Made by a program: the position numbers and the translations under genes | Notes under the pieces: model-generated | Seen by the model: the letters and a program-made list of their open reading frames with translations, nothing else | Told to the model about the DNA's origin: nothing | Database searches by the model: none | NCBI GenBank assembly: GCA_964617655.1 | Contig: CAZTXN010000004.1 | Span: 1 to 39,351 of the forward strand | Reading direction: 5' to 3' | Length of the DNA: 39,351 nucleotides | DNA from: an uncultured Nitrospiraceae bacterium | Lineage (GTDB): Bacteria; Nitrospirota; UBA9217 | Shown here: piece by piece, positions 39,254-39,351 of the stretch | How the letters are laid out: every line of letters begins with the position of its first letter | How positions within the stretch are numbered: the first letter of the stretch is position 1

Positions 39254-39302
39254 GGGGTCACCCATTTGAAGGCACGTTGTCAAGGGAAAAAGGCCGCCCC
39301 GT

Positions 39303-39327
39303 GACGAGAAAATGAAATTTTCTCGTC
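39303..39327 (+). terminator. Perfect 11-bp hairpin (possible terminator)
   Basis: GACGAGAAAAT-GAA-ATTTTCTCGTC, followed by a T-containing tract GATGGTTGTTTC. 50 nt after the kinase stop. Confidence 0.45.
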
Positions 39328-39351
39328 GATGGTTGTTTCAGTTATCGATCA

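Noticed and set aside
37637-39283. 548-aa ORF antisense to the third kinase
   Set aside because: Shadow ORF; HisKA/HATPase boxes are on the plus strand.

Overview
This is a GC-rich bacterial chromosomal segment with strong third-codon-position GC bias. That bias produces long antisense 'shadow' ORFs opposite nearly every real gene, and I rejected them.

Gene content, in order:
- Housekeeping: carB-greA-pyrK-pyrD, rmuC, nadA, era, dedA, recO, lnt, greB, apbE.
- Hfq: two tandem Hfq-like genes.
- Signalling: three sensor kinases, two sigma54-dependent NtrC-type response regulators, and one GAF-GGDEF cyclase.
- A small CopZ-type metallochaperone.

The standout is a tightly packed six-gene block at 8987-18074:
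- a cytochrome with 15 haem motifs;
- an 8-haem cytochrome with an embedded OmpA-like peptidoglycan-binding domain and a DUF11-like domain;
- two paralogous six-bladed NHL-propeller lipoproteins;
- two tandem Kup K+ transporters.

This block sits behind a near-consensus sigma54 -24/-12 promoter. Directly upstream is a sensor kinase with a periplasmic CxxCH motif and its sigma54 enhancer-binding regulator. I do not recognise this gene combination as a described system.

The second recurring oddity is a family of repeats built from tandem heptamer 'words', usually arranged as two complementary arms. They fill many intergenic gaps, and in two places they are translated: the carB linker and the pyrK/pyrD junction.

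I saw no rRNA, tRNA, CRISPR array, transposase, integrase or phage gene. All family assignments come from motif recognition by eye; no searches were run.
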